Source of the DNA: Candidatus Latescibacterota bacterium
GTDB taxonomy: Bacteria > Latescibacterota > UBA2968 > UBA8231
Reading direction: 5' to 3'
Assembly (NCBI GenBank): GCA_965215195.1
Contig: CBDCDC010000002.1
Coordinates: 1,472,001-1,536,000 of the forward strand
Length of the DNA: 64,000 nucleotides
Position 1 is the stretch's first letter, and every line of letters begins with the position of its first letter. Below are positions 29,600 through 38,141 of the stretch, piece by piece. Below the pieces are notes generated by a model that worked only from the letters and a program-made list of their open reading frames with translations, ran no database searches and was not told the origin of the DNA. The position numbers were made by a program, and so were the translations under genes.

Positions 29600-32500
29600 G
29601 TGATGACCAAAACGACGACGCGACTGACGACAGCAGTTGAAACCTACTTCGCCGACCTGCAACGGGTAAGGGCATCCGGCGGTGCAACGGGCGAGCGCTC
29701 GAGCTATGGGCCGCTCGCCAACCTGCTGAACGCCATCGGCGCAACGCTCAAGCCCAAGGTGTTTTGCGTTGGCGAGTTGGCCGATCAGGGAGCGGGGCAT
29801 CCCGACTTTGGACTTTATGCAGCAAAGCAGGTGCAGAAGAGGCAACCGAAACAAGGGCAAGTGCCCGAAGGCGGCGTGGTCGAGGTGAAGGCGGCTGACG
29901 ATGACGCTTGGCTGACGGCGGCGGGCGATCAGGTGAGCCGTTATTGGGGCCGCTATCGGCTGGTGCTGGTGACCAATACGCGCGACTTCGTGCTGGTCGG
30001 CGAGGATGCGGAAGGGCGACTGGCTAAGCTCGAAACGTTCCGGCTAGCCGAGAGTACCGAGGAATTCGACCGTCGCTTGGAGACGCCGCGTACTTTTGCC
30101 GGCGAGGTCGGCGCGGGCTTGGGCGAATATCTGTGCCGGGCGCTGGCGCATCGGGCGCGGCTGGCCGAGCCGAAGGACTTGGCGTGGCTGCTGGCGTCTC
30201 ATGCCCGCGATGCGCTGGCGCGAGTTGAGGCTGCAGGCGATGCGCTGTCGTTGGCGGCAGTGCGGACGGCGCTGGAAGAGGCACTCGGCGTTCGCTTTGA
30301 AGGCGAACGGGGTGCGCGGTTTTTCCGTTCGACGCTGGTGCAGACCCTGTTCTACGGGGTGTTTTCCGCTTGGGTGCTGTGGGCGCGACAGACACCGCCG
30401 CCCGAAAAAGCAGCGTTCAATTGGCGCGGAGCGGTTTGGCATTTGCGGGCACCCGTCATGCAGGCGCTGTTCCAACAGCTATCGCAGCCCGGTCGGCTGC
30501 AACCGCTCGGCCTCGTCGAAGTGCTGGACTGGACGTCTGCTGCGCTCAACCGGGTGGATCGCGACGCCTTCTTTGCCCGCTTCAACGAGGGCGAGGCCGT
30601 AACCTATTTCTACGAGCCGTTCCTCGAAGCCTTTGATCCCGAGCTGCGCAAGCAGTTGGGCGTTTGGTACACCCCAGCCGAAGTGGTGCGCTACATGGTC
30701 GCCCGCGTCGATAAGGCGCTTAGGGACGATCTCGGCATCGCCGATGGGCTGGCTGCGGAAAACGTCTATGTGCTCGATCCGTGCTGTGGCACCGGCGCGT
30801 ATCTGGCGGAAGTGCTGCGCCGCATCGCGGCCAATTTGGAAAATCAAGGCTTGGGTGCGCTGACTGGCGCACGGGTTAAGCAGGCGGCGACCGAGCGCGT
30901 GTTCGGCTTTGAGATTATGCCGGCACCTTTTGTCGTGGCTCATTTGCAAGTTGGGTTGACCATGCAGGCGCTCGACGCGGCGTTGGCCGATGACGGGAAG
31001 GAACGCGCCCAAGTGTTCCTCACCAATGCGCTGACCGGCTGGGAGCCGCGCACGACCAAGCCGTTGCCGTTTCCCGAACTGGAGGAGGAACGCGACCGCG
31101 CCGAGCGGGTGAAGCAGGAGACGCCGATTCTGGTGATTCTCGGCAATCCGCCCTACAACGGTTTTGCCGGTATGGCGGTGGATGAAGAACAGGAACTGTT
31201 GGAAGCATACCGGTCGTCTAATCGGGTACAACTGCCCGATACTAGGGCACTGCATGATCTCTATGTCCGCTTCTTCCGCATGGCGGAACGGCGTATCGCG
31301 GAGAGAACCGGACAAGGCATAGTCTGCTTCATCTCCAACTACTCATGGCTCGATGGACGTTCGTTCGCGGGGATGCGCGAGCGTTACCTAGAGGCGTTCG
31401 ATGCGATCAGGATCGACTGCTTGAATGGGGATATCCGAAGGGGTGGGAAGACGCCTGATGGTCAGCCAGATGCGAGCGTTTTCACGATTCCAAGTGGATC
31501 GGTCGGCATCCGGGTCGGCACCGCTATAGCGACGCTGGTGCGCAAGGCCGACCACACACCGTCTAGGAAGATCGGTTTCCGTCATCTCTGGGGAGAGGCC
31601 AAGCGCGAGAAATTGACAGAGACAGCGGAGTCGGAACCGGACGCGCTTTACGACAGCATCGAGCCGGTCCTGCCACTTGGCCTGCCCTTTGCACCCATAG
31701 TAGCTAGCCCTGATTGGTTCAAATGGCCGGCACTACCTGACCTGTTCCCCGTCCAATTCTCTGGAGTCAATACCAACCGTGATGCGTTCGTTGTTGACAT
31801 AGATCTCACTTCGTTGAAGTCTCGCATCGCCGACTATTTCAACTCGGAACTCAGCCACGAGGAGATCGCGAGGCTCCAACCCGCTGCGATGCAGAATAGA
31901 GCGCGATACAATCCCCGTGCGGTACGCGACACTCTTCTCGCACGAGGCGGTCCGAATGAGGACGGCTTCATCCGCTACGCCTATCGGCCATTCGATATTC
32001 GCTGGCTCTACTGGGAGGCGGATACCAAGCTACTCAACGAAAAGCGCCCAGGCTACCGACCGCACGTATTCGACGGAAATATATGGCTGTCTGCCGTTCC
32101 GCATCTCAGGAAAGATGCGACGGAGCCGCAGGCATGTATCACGCAACAGATGGCATGTTTGCATCTGATTGAGCGCGGTGCCAACATGTTCCCCGCTTAC
32201 CTCCGCGACGACGGCCTCGGAACCGGCAGCAACAAAATACAACGCCGCCCCAACCTGTCCCCTGCCGCACAACGCTATCTCCATCATCTCGGCGCGGACG
32301 TAGAGGACCTCTTCCACCACGTCCTCGCCACCCTCCACGACCCCGCCTACCGCCAGGCCAACGCCGGAGCACTCAAGATGGAATGGCCGCGCATCCCGCT
32401 GCCGGGCTGGCCCGACGGCAAAGCCGACAGCGCGGCAGAGACGCTCGCTGCATCGGCGGCGCGGGGCCGCGAACTAGCCCGCCTACTCGACCCCGAAGCA

Positions 32501-32947
32501 CCAGTACCGGGCGTCACCCAAGGCCTGTTGCGCCCGGAGATCGCCGCCCTCGCCGTGCCCGCCACCACCGACAGCCGCAACATGACCGGCGACGATTTCG
32601 CGCTCACCGCCGGATGGGGCCACTACGGAACGGGCGACGCCGTAATGCCGGGCCAAGGCCGCATCGTCGAGCGCGAGTACACCCCGGAAGAACGCGCCGC
32701 GCTGGGTGCGGCCATACCCACGCTGGGCGAAAAGACGCTGGACGTGTATCTGAACGACCGCGCCTTCTGGCGCAACGTCCCCGCCGCAGTTTGGGACTAC
32801 AAGCTCGGCGGCTATCAGGTGCTCAAGAAATGGCTATCCTACCGCGAGAGTGATGTTTTAGGGCGGGTGCTGACGCCGGAAGAAGTGCTGTACTTTGCGG
32901 AGACGACGAGGAGGGTTGGGAGGATGTTGCAGGTGACCTATATGTAG
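29600..32947 (+). CDS. Type IIG / Type ISP-like restriction endonuclease-N6 adenine methyltransferase fusion
   Basis: N-terminal PDF...EVK nuclease motif, DPCCGTG SAM motif, GNPPY, C-terminal YRPFD and GGYQVLKKWLSYR specificity-domain motifs; no helicase motifs seen. Confidence 0.85.
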   Translation: MMTKTTTRLTTAVETYFADLQRVRASGGATGERSSYGPLANLLNAIGATLKPKVFCVGELADQGAGHPDFGLYAAKQVQKRQPKQGQVPEGGVVEVKAADDDAWLTAAGDQVSRYWGRYRLVLVTNTRDFVLVGEDAEGRLAKLETFRLAESTEEFDRRLETPRTFAGEVGAGLGEYLCRALAHRARLAEPKDLAWLLASHARDALARVEAAGDALSLAAVRTALEEALGVRFEGERGARFFRSTLVQTLFYGVFSAWVLWARQTPPPEKAAFNWRGAVWHLRAPVMQALFQQLSQPGRLQPLGLVEVLDWTSAALNRVDRDAFFARFNEGEAVTYFYEPFLEAFDPELRKQLGVWYTPAEVVRYMVARVDKALRDDLGIADGLAAENVYVLDPCCGTGAYLAEVLRRIAANLENQGLGALTGARVKQAATERVFGFEIMPAPFVVAHLQVGLTMQALDAALADDGKERAQVFLTNALTGWEPRTTKPLPFPELEEERDRAERVKQETPILVILGNPPYNGFAGMAVDEEQELLEAYRSSNRVQLPDTRALHDLYVRFFRMAERRIAERTGQGIVCFISNYSWLDGRSFAGMRERYLEAFDAIRIDCLNGDIRRGGKTPDGQPDASVFTIPSGSVGIRVGTAIATLVRKADHTPSRKIGFRHLWGEAKREKLTETAESEPDALYDSIEPVLPLGLPFAPIVASPDWFKWPALPDLFPVQFSGVNTNRDAFVVDIDLTSLKSRIADYFNSELSHEEIARLQPAAMQNRARYNPRAVRDTLLARGGPNEDGFIRYAYRPFDIRWLYWEADTKLLNEKRPGYRPHVFDGNIWLSAVPHLRKDATEPQACITQQMACLHLIERGANMFPAYLRDDGLGTGSNKIQRRPNLSPAAQRYLHHLGADVEDLFHHVLATLHDPAYRQANAGALKMEWPRIPLPGWPDGKADSAAETLAASAARGRELARLLDPEAPVPGVTQGLLRPEIAALAVPATTDSRNMTGDDFALTAGWGHYGTGDAVMPGQGRIVEREYTPEERAALGAAIPTLGEKTLDVYLNDRAFWRNVPAAVWDYKLGGYQVLKKWLSYRESDVLGRVLTPEEVLYFAETTRRVGRMLQVTYM

Positions 32948-34455
32948 TGTCTAAACGGTAAGGGTGGCAGATCGGGAACAGGTGCAGCAGTAAGAATTTC
33001 GCCTACAGCATCAGCAAACTTGAGTGTAACAGGCTGTCCGTCTGCAAACTGGCAGGTATTGAAGTTGATCTTGGTTAGGCCCATCACATCCGTCATAACC
33101 CTGAGCAGATCGGCATGGCCTCTGTGGATTTCGATTAGCAGAGGGTTAGGCACCTCCCAACCAGGATAGGTATCGAGCCGAGGTATAAAACCCTTGGTCC
33201 AAAGATATCCTCTCCGTTTTGTTGAAAGGTATGCAGTACCACGCAACACGGGCATTTTACCCGGTCTATAGAGCTTCAGTTCACTAGTTGGGCGAATACG
33301 CACCCCGACTAGGTTGGTTTCGTTTGAGACGACGCCTCTGAAGCCATCCCACTCATCGTCATTAAATCGCGTTTTGCCATGAATAAAAAGCTCAGTAGGA
33401 GGCTTTCCGTGGAGGTCTCGATATGACTTCACCACTAGACTCATCAACTCAGAGGCTTTCTCTTTGCTAAGGTGAAATTCGTGTGTATCCTTCGAGTACC
33501 AAGGGCCGACGGCACCTCGAAAAACAACGCCATCTCCCGAGTCCAAAAACATTTGAGCACCGCAACAAGCATTGCCGGCGGCTAGGTCGGTACCATCCAT
33601 CTTGTAAACCAATCCTACGTAGCAGACCCCTGGTCGGACCGACGCTAGTTTCCACGGTTTGCCACTGGCCTTAAAGAACGCTGTTGTGCAGAGGTTCCAA
33701 GCAACTGTAGCGGGGTCTTCAGGTTCCCGGATGAAGTGGCCATCTTGAGTGAATCGGTGAGGCGTAAGTGTCGTGTCGCGTACAATCTGAACGACAGCCC
33801 TCATATCTAGAAGGCGAGCTTTCATCTGGTGGTGGAAATTAAGCTCGTAGCGATAAATTTCTGCGGCTTCCCGGTCTTCGGAAAAAAGCGAACCTTCGCG
33901 GAGAATCCGCTTTCCGGTCTCGGGTTTGAAAGGCTGGCTTCCCGTAATGCGTTCTTCCTTGGGTACAACCGACTTAGGTCTGCCATAGGAGTGAACCTCT
34001 TCCGGTATGACAACGAACCACATGGCAGGCGGCGCTTCGTCTTGGCGCAGATACTTGCGTATAGGCTCCTCAAAAAGAGCGACAGTCTTGTATATTGCTT
34101 CGTGCCGGTCAGTGATCCGGATCGAAGTACGGACGGCATTTTCCGAGACTGTTAGTTCGACGAGAGGCTCTTCTGGCCACCGAGTACCAAAAACGGCTTG
34201 GAAGCCAGGCCAACCAGCGTGGTGAGGTTCATTCGGATCCTTGGGCGGAATATAACGTCGAATGGTTTTTGCCCATTCGCGAAAGCAAATCAGACCCTTC
34301 GGCGTCCCAATGACGCCGATACGCATTTCGGCAGGGTTGGCTTTGTCATCTAGGGGACCGAACAAAAAAAGTCCGTCCTTCGGATGCTCCAACGCTTGGC
34401 CGTAGCGGAAGCCTAATCGTGGCTCTTCGATGTGTTGAAGTAACGGATCTGTCAT
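32938..34455 (-). CDS. Short prokaryotic Argonaute (MID-PIWI, SPARTA type)
   Basis: EEPRL.F...P.DGL.LFGP, FHHQMKARLL, KASGKPWKL, CYVGLVYK (no catalytic Asp), FLDSGDG, LTKINFN, PVTLKFA, C-terminal PFRHYI; 505 aa. Confidence 0.93.
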   Translation of the reverse strand: MTDPLLQHIEEPRLGFRYGQALEHPKDGLFLFGPLDDKANPAEMRIGVIGTPKGLICFREWAKTIRRYIPPKDPNEPHHAGWPGFQAVFGTRWPEEPLVELTVSENAVRTSIRITDRHEAIYKTVALFEEPIRKYLRQDEAPPAMWFVVIPEEVHSYGRPKSVVPKEERITGSQPFKPETGKRILREGSLFSEDREAAEIYRYELNFHHQMKARLLDMRAVVQIVRDTTLTPHRFTQDGHFIREPEDPATVAWNLCTTAFFKASGKPWKLASVRPGVCYVGLVYKMDGTDLAAGNACCGAQMFLDSGDGVVFRGAVGPWYSKDTHEFHLSKEKASELMSLVVKSYRDLHGKPPTELFIHGKTRFNDDEWDGFRGVVSNETNLVGVRIRPTSELKLYRPGKMPVLRGTAYLSTKRRGYLWTKGFIPRLDTYPGWEVPNPLLIEIHRGHADLLRVMTDVMGLTKINFNTCQFADGQPVTLKFADAVGEILTAAPVPDLPPLPFRHYI

Positions 34456-36146
34456 ACCCCCTCTTTGTATTCGTTGTCTTTATGGTCGAGAAGATCGTCA
34501 AAATCTGTTTCATCCAAGTCACTGTCGAAATCATCCAGAGCGTCAGCCTCTGTTTCGTCTTCTACATGGTCCTCTTCGGCTGTGGACACTGAGCCATTCT
34601 CAGTAATAGATAGAGGAGCCTCAAAGCCCATCGGAGAAGCGGATATTGTCGCCACGGCGTCGCCGCCAAGGGACAGGTAGAATTCCTCTTTGCCATTTGC
34701 TAGGGCAGCTACGAAAGCGCGAAGCAGGTCGCGCCAACGATCATTCCACCAATTCTTGCAGAAACTCTTTCGTAGGCGACCAGCACGAGATTGGCTATCG
34801 AGCGGCGTTTTGCCATCTTGGGTAAAGACGACGTGAGTACGCAATAGAAGGTGCTGTGGATCTGCAATACTAACCTTTCCCGATACCGCAAAGTGCCAAT
34901 AGACGCCTCTTTTCTCGCTTCGGCCAACCAACCGGCGTCGCCGTTTCTTGCCGTTCTCACCTTGAAAAGTGGCAATGTTTCCTTCGATCAGATCTAGGGG
35001 GACGAACCACGCGCTTCCGTGTGCAAGTTCATAAAGCAATAGACCCTGATTCCGGGCGAATTGTTCCCATGATTGGCGTAGAAGTCCGGTTACTATGTTT
35101 CGAGCATCCAACCACGAGACTTGTGGCCTGTTGGTCTTATGACCATCGAGAAATTGTGCCAATGGAACACGATAAGCGTGCTCAAGTGGAACGTCGGGAG
35201 TCTCCATTTGAAGCGTAGCCGCATCAGCAAAGCTGACGGCCAGCCTCAGATACTGGGTCACGGGACTTTGAAATTCATCAAACGCACGCTTCATAGCCTC
35301 TTGTGACGCATCGAAACGAGAAAAATTGATGTGAGATGGTAGAGAGCTAATTTGAAACCAGTTAGAGAATACTGACTCCGGTGTATCAGAAATGGAGGTG
35401 CTTTGCCGCAGCTTAAAATTTTGCCAAGAAGCCAAGGCTTCTCCGAAATCGCTAGTCAATTGCGGAACCTGGGTGTCTTTGAAAGTCTTCAGAAGTGTGC
35501 TGAATCCGTCCGCCCAGTTAGGAGAGAAGGCGATGGCGTTTAGACGGATCAACTGTTCGGGAAAGTCCGAGAACGGAATATCATCAAGGCGGATAGGTAT
35601 GACGAATTGTTGTTTGTTGAGTTGCCGACCTGTGTTTACAGCAAGAGCAATTTCGTCGAGAACGCCGTCTTTCTGATAAGACGCACGGGATAAGGCAACG
35701 ATGACGACGGCGGCTTCTTTCTTAATCGCATCCCCAATATCTCGCCAGAATGTCTCGCCGCCGAGCAGAGTGAGCACATCTGCCCATACTTCATAGCCAG
35801 CGGCGGTCAATCGTGTGCCTAACCAAGAAGCAAACTCGTTGTCTTCGGGGTTGGCATGGCTGATGAAGACAAGATGTCGTTCGGCTTCCTGGGGCCGGTG
35901 AGGCTTATAGTTATCCTCAATGCCGAGCCAGATGTTTGCGTCAACGCCTAGTACCTTCTCGAACTGTCGTGCCGTCTCCGGCTCAAGAGGGGCTTTTCCA
36001 GAGACGATTTCACTAATCAGCTTGGGAGAGCACCCGCAGAGCCGAGCAAACTCGGCCTGAGAGATACCTTGTACCTCGAGACGCTCCTCCAAAATCCAAC
36101 CCGGCGGGACAGCGTAGTCCGGCCGGTACTGATTGGTCGCCGCCAT
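34452..36146 (-). CDS. HigA-type HTH :: TIR-APAZ fusion protein
   Basis: About aa 1-85 PDYAVPPGWILEE...SPKLISEI..GKA...IWLG (HigA XRE HTH); then TIR FISHANPED...GYEVWAD...GVLDEI; APAZ SNWF, YWHFAVS, KNWWNDRWR; acidic tail; ATGA overlap with pAgo. Confidence 0.9.
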   Translation of the reverse strand: MAATNQYRPDYAVPPGWILEERLEVQGISQAEFARLCGCSPKLISEIVSGKAPLEPETARQFEKVLGVDANIWLGIEDNYKPHRPQEAERHLVFISHANPEDNEFASWLGTRLTAAGYEVWADVLTLLGGETFWRDIGDAIKKEAAVVIVALSRASYQKDGVLDEIALAVNTGRQLNKQQFVIPIRLDDIPFSDFPEQLIRLNAIAFSPNWADGFSTLLKTFKDTQVPQLTSDFGEALASWQNFKLRQSTSISDTPESVFSNWFQISSLPSHINFSRFDASQEAMKRAFDEFQSPVTQYLRLAVSFADAATLQMETPDVPLEHAYRVPLAQFLDGHKTNRPQVSWLDARNIVTGLLRQSWEQFARNQGLLLYELAHGSAWFVPLDLIEGNIATFQGENGKKRRRRLVGRSEKRGVYWHFAVSGKVSIADPQHLLLRTHVVFTQDGKTPLDSQSRAGRLRKSFCKNWWNDRWRDLLRAFVAALANGKEEFYLSLGGDAVATISASPMGFEAPLSITENGSVSTAEEDHVEDETEADALDDFDSDLDETDFDDLLDHKDNEYKEGV

Positions 36147-36160
36147 ACCTCTCTCCTAAG

Positions 36161-36496
36161 TCAGTGATAGTCGATCACATCAACGATCGTAATTGCAGTT
36201 ATCTTTTCCGTGTCAATCCCTCCGTCAGCTTTGCGTGGGAGCGGATCGTGATTGGCTCTGAAAACCAGCCTATAAGGGTGGACGAGATCAACGGCATATT
36301 GCTCGTCGCGATCACCTCGAAGTTGGTGCCTCCGATCTGGTGGGGTCGTAGGCACCAGAGCTAACGTCCGGGCAGCCCTCAGCACGGCGAGACGAATCTT
36401 GATCGTCCTCGCCATGCGGGGACCATACGCCCTCTCAAGTGCGCTAGCTGAGTTGAATTGTTTCTCGATTTTACGGTTCCGAAAGGCGATATCCAA
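36161..36496 (-). CDS. higB: HigB-family (RelE superfamily, plasmid-killer type) toxin
   Basis: MDIAF.N.K, RRHQLRGDR..QYAVDL..PYRLVF, C-terminal DYH; immediately upstream of the HigA-like domain. Confidence 0.82.
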   Translation of the reverse strand: MDIAFRNRKIEKQFNSASALERAYGPRMARTIKIRLAVLRAARTLALVPTTPPDRRHQLRGDRDEQYAVDLVHPYRLVFRANHDPLPRKADGGIDTEKITAITIVDVIDYH

Positions 36497-36594
36497 TGCT
36501 CTGTCTCAGCTTGGCGAGTTATTCTTAATTATGTTAAGGAATTAATCAAGGGAAGCAAATGCCGCCATTGGACCCAAGCCTTACACCCTCTCGG

Positions 36595-36633
36595 CTGGTG
36601 GCAAAAATCGACCAGAGAGGACGAGCGTATTGA
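36595..36633 (+). pseudogene. Possible C-terminal remnant of a RelE/ParE toxin
   Basis: LVAKIDQRGRAY* with TGATG overlap into the following HTH antitoxin. Confidence 0.4.
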
Positions 36634-37019
36634 TGAACGAACAGGATGTGCAGATCGTTGAGAAGGACGGCGAGCCAGAATACGCCGTCGTCCCAATTGA
36701 GGCGTACCGTCGCATGGTTGCCACACTCGAAGACGCGGCCGATGCTGCGGCTATCGCACGGGCATGGGCCGAGGACGCGGCCGGCGAGACGGTCCCGAGC
36801 GAAGTCGTAAAGGCCATTCTCGCGGGCGAATCGCCCTTGCGCGTGTGGCGGAAGCACCGCGAATTCACGTTGGATATGCTGGCCGCGCGAGTAGGGGTCT
36901 CAAAAGGGTATCTGTCGCAGATTGAGAACGGACAGAAGCCCGGGACGCTCGGCCTGTTCCGCCGATTCGCGGGTGTGCTCAATGTGACGCTGGACGAATT
37001 TGCACACCCAACGAACTAA
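36633..37019 (+). CDS. XRE HTH antitoxin-like protein
   Basis: VQIVEKDGEPEYAVVPIEAY N-terminus, SPLRVWRKHR...GVSKGYLSQIENG. Confidence 0.8.
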   Translation: MNEQDVQIVEKDGEPEYAVVPIEAYRRMVATLEDAADAAAIARAWAEDAAGETVPSEVVKAILAGESPLRVWRKHREFTLDMLAARVGVSKGYLSQIENGQKPGTLGLFRRFAGVLNVTLDEFAHPTN

Positions 37020-37031
37020 TGGAACCCAACC

Positions 37032-37226
37032 ATGAAAACGTCCCAGCCTGACCCGATCATCGCCGAAGTCCGGGCCGTACGCGACCAACACGCGGCCCGA
37101 TTTGGTTACGACGTCAAAGCAATTTTCAGAGACATTCAAGCCAGACAAGAGGCTTCTGGCCGCCAGTACGTCCGCTATCCTGCCCGCCGCACAGCCCCTG
37201 AGTCCGAGGTTCAGGCGACCCGGTGA
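37032..37226 (+). CDS. Small hypothetical protein (TA-associated type)
   Basis: DPIIAEVRAVRDQHAARFGYD; 64 aa. Confidence 0.55.
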   Translation: MKTSQPDPIIAEVRAVRDQHAARFGYDVKAIFRDIQARQEASGRQYVRYPARRTAPESEVQATR

Positions 37227-37227
37227 G

Positions 37228-37345
37228 GCCGGGTCAAGGTCGCATCGTCGAGCGCGGGTACAGTCCAGACGAACGCACCCCGCTGGGCGGAAATATGCTA
37301 TCTCGGCGGCTACCAAGTCCTCAAGAAATGGCTACCCTACCGCGA
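37228..37345 (+). pseudogene. Decayed duplicate of the 3' end of the RM methylase gene
   Basis: 37228-37287 matches 32647-32706 (PGQGRIVER.Y.P.ER); 37302-37345 matches 32804-32847 (LGGYQVLKKWL.YRE); the segment between them is deleted. Confidence 0.82.
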
Positions 37346-37393
37346 ATGTGAATCGGCTACGTATTGACGCCGATATTTGCAAACGCCGTTAGA

Positions 37394-37611
37394 TCAATTG
37401 CCGAGTAGATCAATAAATGCCTCTCGGTCAATCCCGACATCTCTCTGAATCTTGGACATAAGGCCAACGCCGTTCGTTTCACCGCCATGAATGGGCACAA
37501 CCGTGCTCCGCCCATCGGGGTGCTTCATAATCGTTGCCTCACAAGCTCGAAACCGACTTTCGGCAGAGATCGGACCACATGGGCTCCCGTCACGCACGGC
37601 ATTCTGTTCAT
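37394..37611 (-). pseudogene. hicA: HicA toxin, frameshifted
   Basis: MNRMPCVTGAHVVRSLPKVGFELVRQR then out-of-frame MKHPDGRSTVVPIH...GLMSKI; GSH catalytic motif missing. Confidence 0.7.
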
Positions 37612-37820
37612 ACGGATATTCTTTGAATGCCCACCAGTTCAAGCGGATTCGGAGCCTCTTCGCCCTCAACTTCAAGCCAGAGTGCGATCACCTCCTGCAT
37701 CCGTTCGAATAACTGGTCAATTGACTTTCCTTGAGTATGACAGCCCGGAAGGCCGGGGACACTCCCAACGTAATAACCGTCTTCATCTTTCTCGATGACG
37801 ATAGTGTATTCAGTACTCAT
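37608..37820 (-). CDS. hicB: HicB family antitoxin
   Basis: YTIVIEKDEDGYYVGSVPGLPGCHTQG. Confidence 0.85.
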   Translation of the reverse strand: MSTEYTIVIEKDEDGYYVGSVPGLPGCHTQGKSIDQLFERMQEVIALWLEVEGEEAPNPLELVGIQRISV

Positions 37821-37836
37821 TGGATTCATCTGCCAC

Positions 37837-38070
37837 CTATACAAACTCAAGCACTGTTTTGCCGTGAATTTTGCAGGGAAGAGAGGCGGTTGTGTCGTCT
37901 GCAACGCCGTTCAGACGCAGCAATTCCGGCACCATACTACGCGCCTCCTCAATTATACCGTCGAGAGTGTCCGCTTCGAGGACTAGACCCGGCACCTCGT
38001 CACTGGTGGCAACCCACACGTTTGCTTGGGGATCCCACGCCGAATCAATAATGATTTCCCTAACGGCCAT
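37837..38070 (-). CDS. DUF1902 (HicB-like) protein
   Basis: AWDPQANVWVATSDEVPGLVLEADTLD. Confidence 0.75.
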   Translation of the reverse strand: MAVREIIIDSAWDPQANVWVATSDEVPGLVLEADTLDGIIEEARSMVPELLRLNGVADDTTASLPCKIHGKTVLEFV

Positions 38071-38141
38071 ATTGCGCCTTCTTTTTTGCTAGTCGCAAGA
38101 TAACATCCTCCCAATTCGCATCGCTATACTCAATCCCCTTC

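Noticed and set aside
32938-34455. Catalytically active long Argonaute
   Set aside because: Only 505 aa, no N/PAZ domains, and the first catalytic Asp position reads GLVYK.
29000-38141. Prophage, ICE or integron as the carrier of the island
   Set aside because: No integrase, transposase, phage structural genes, tRNA att site or attC-like array is visible.
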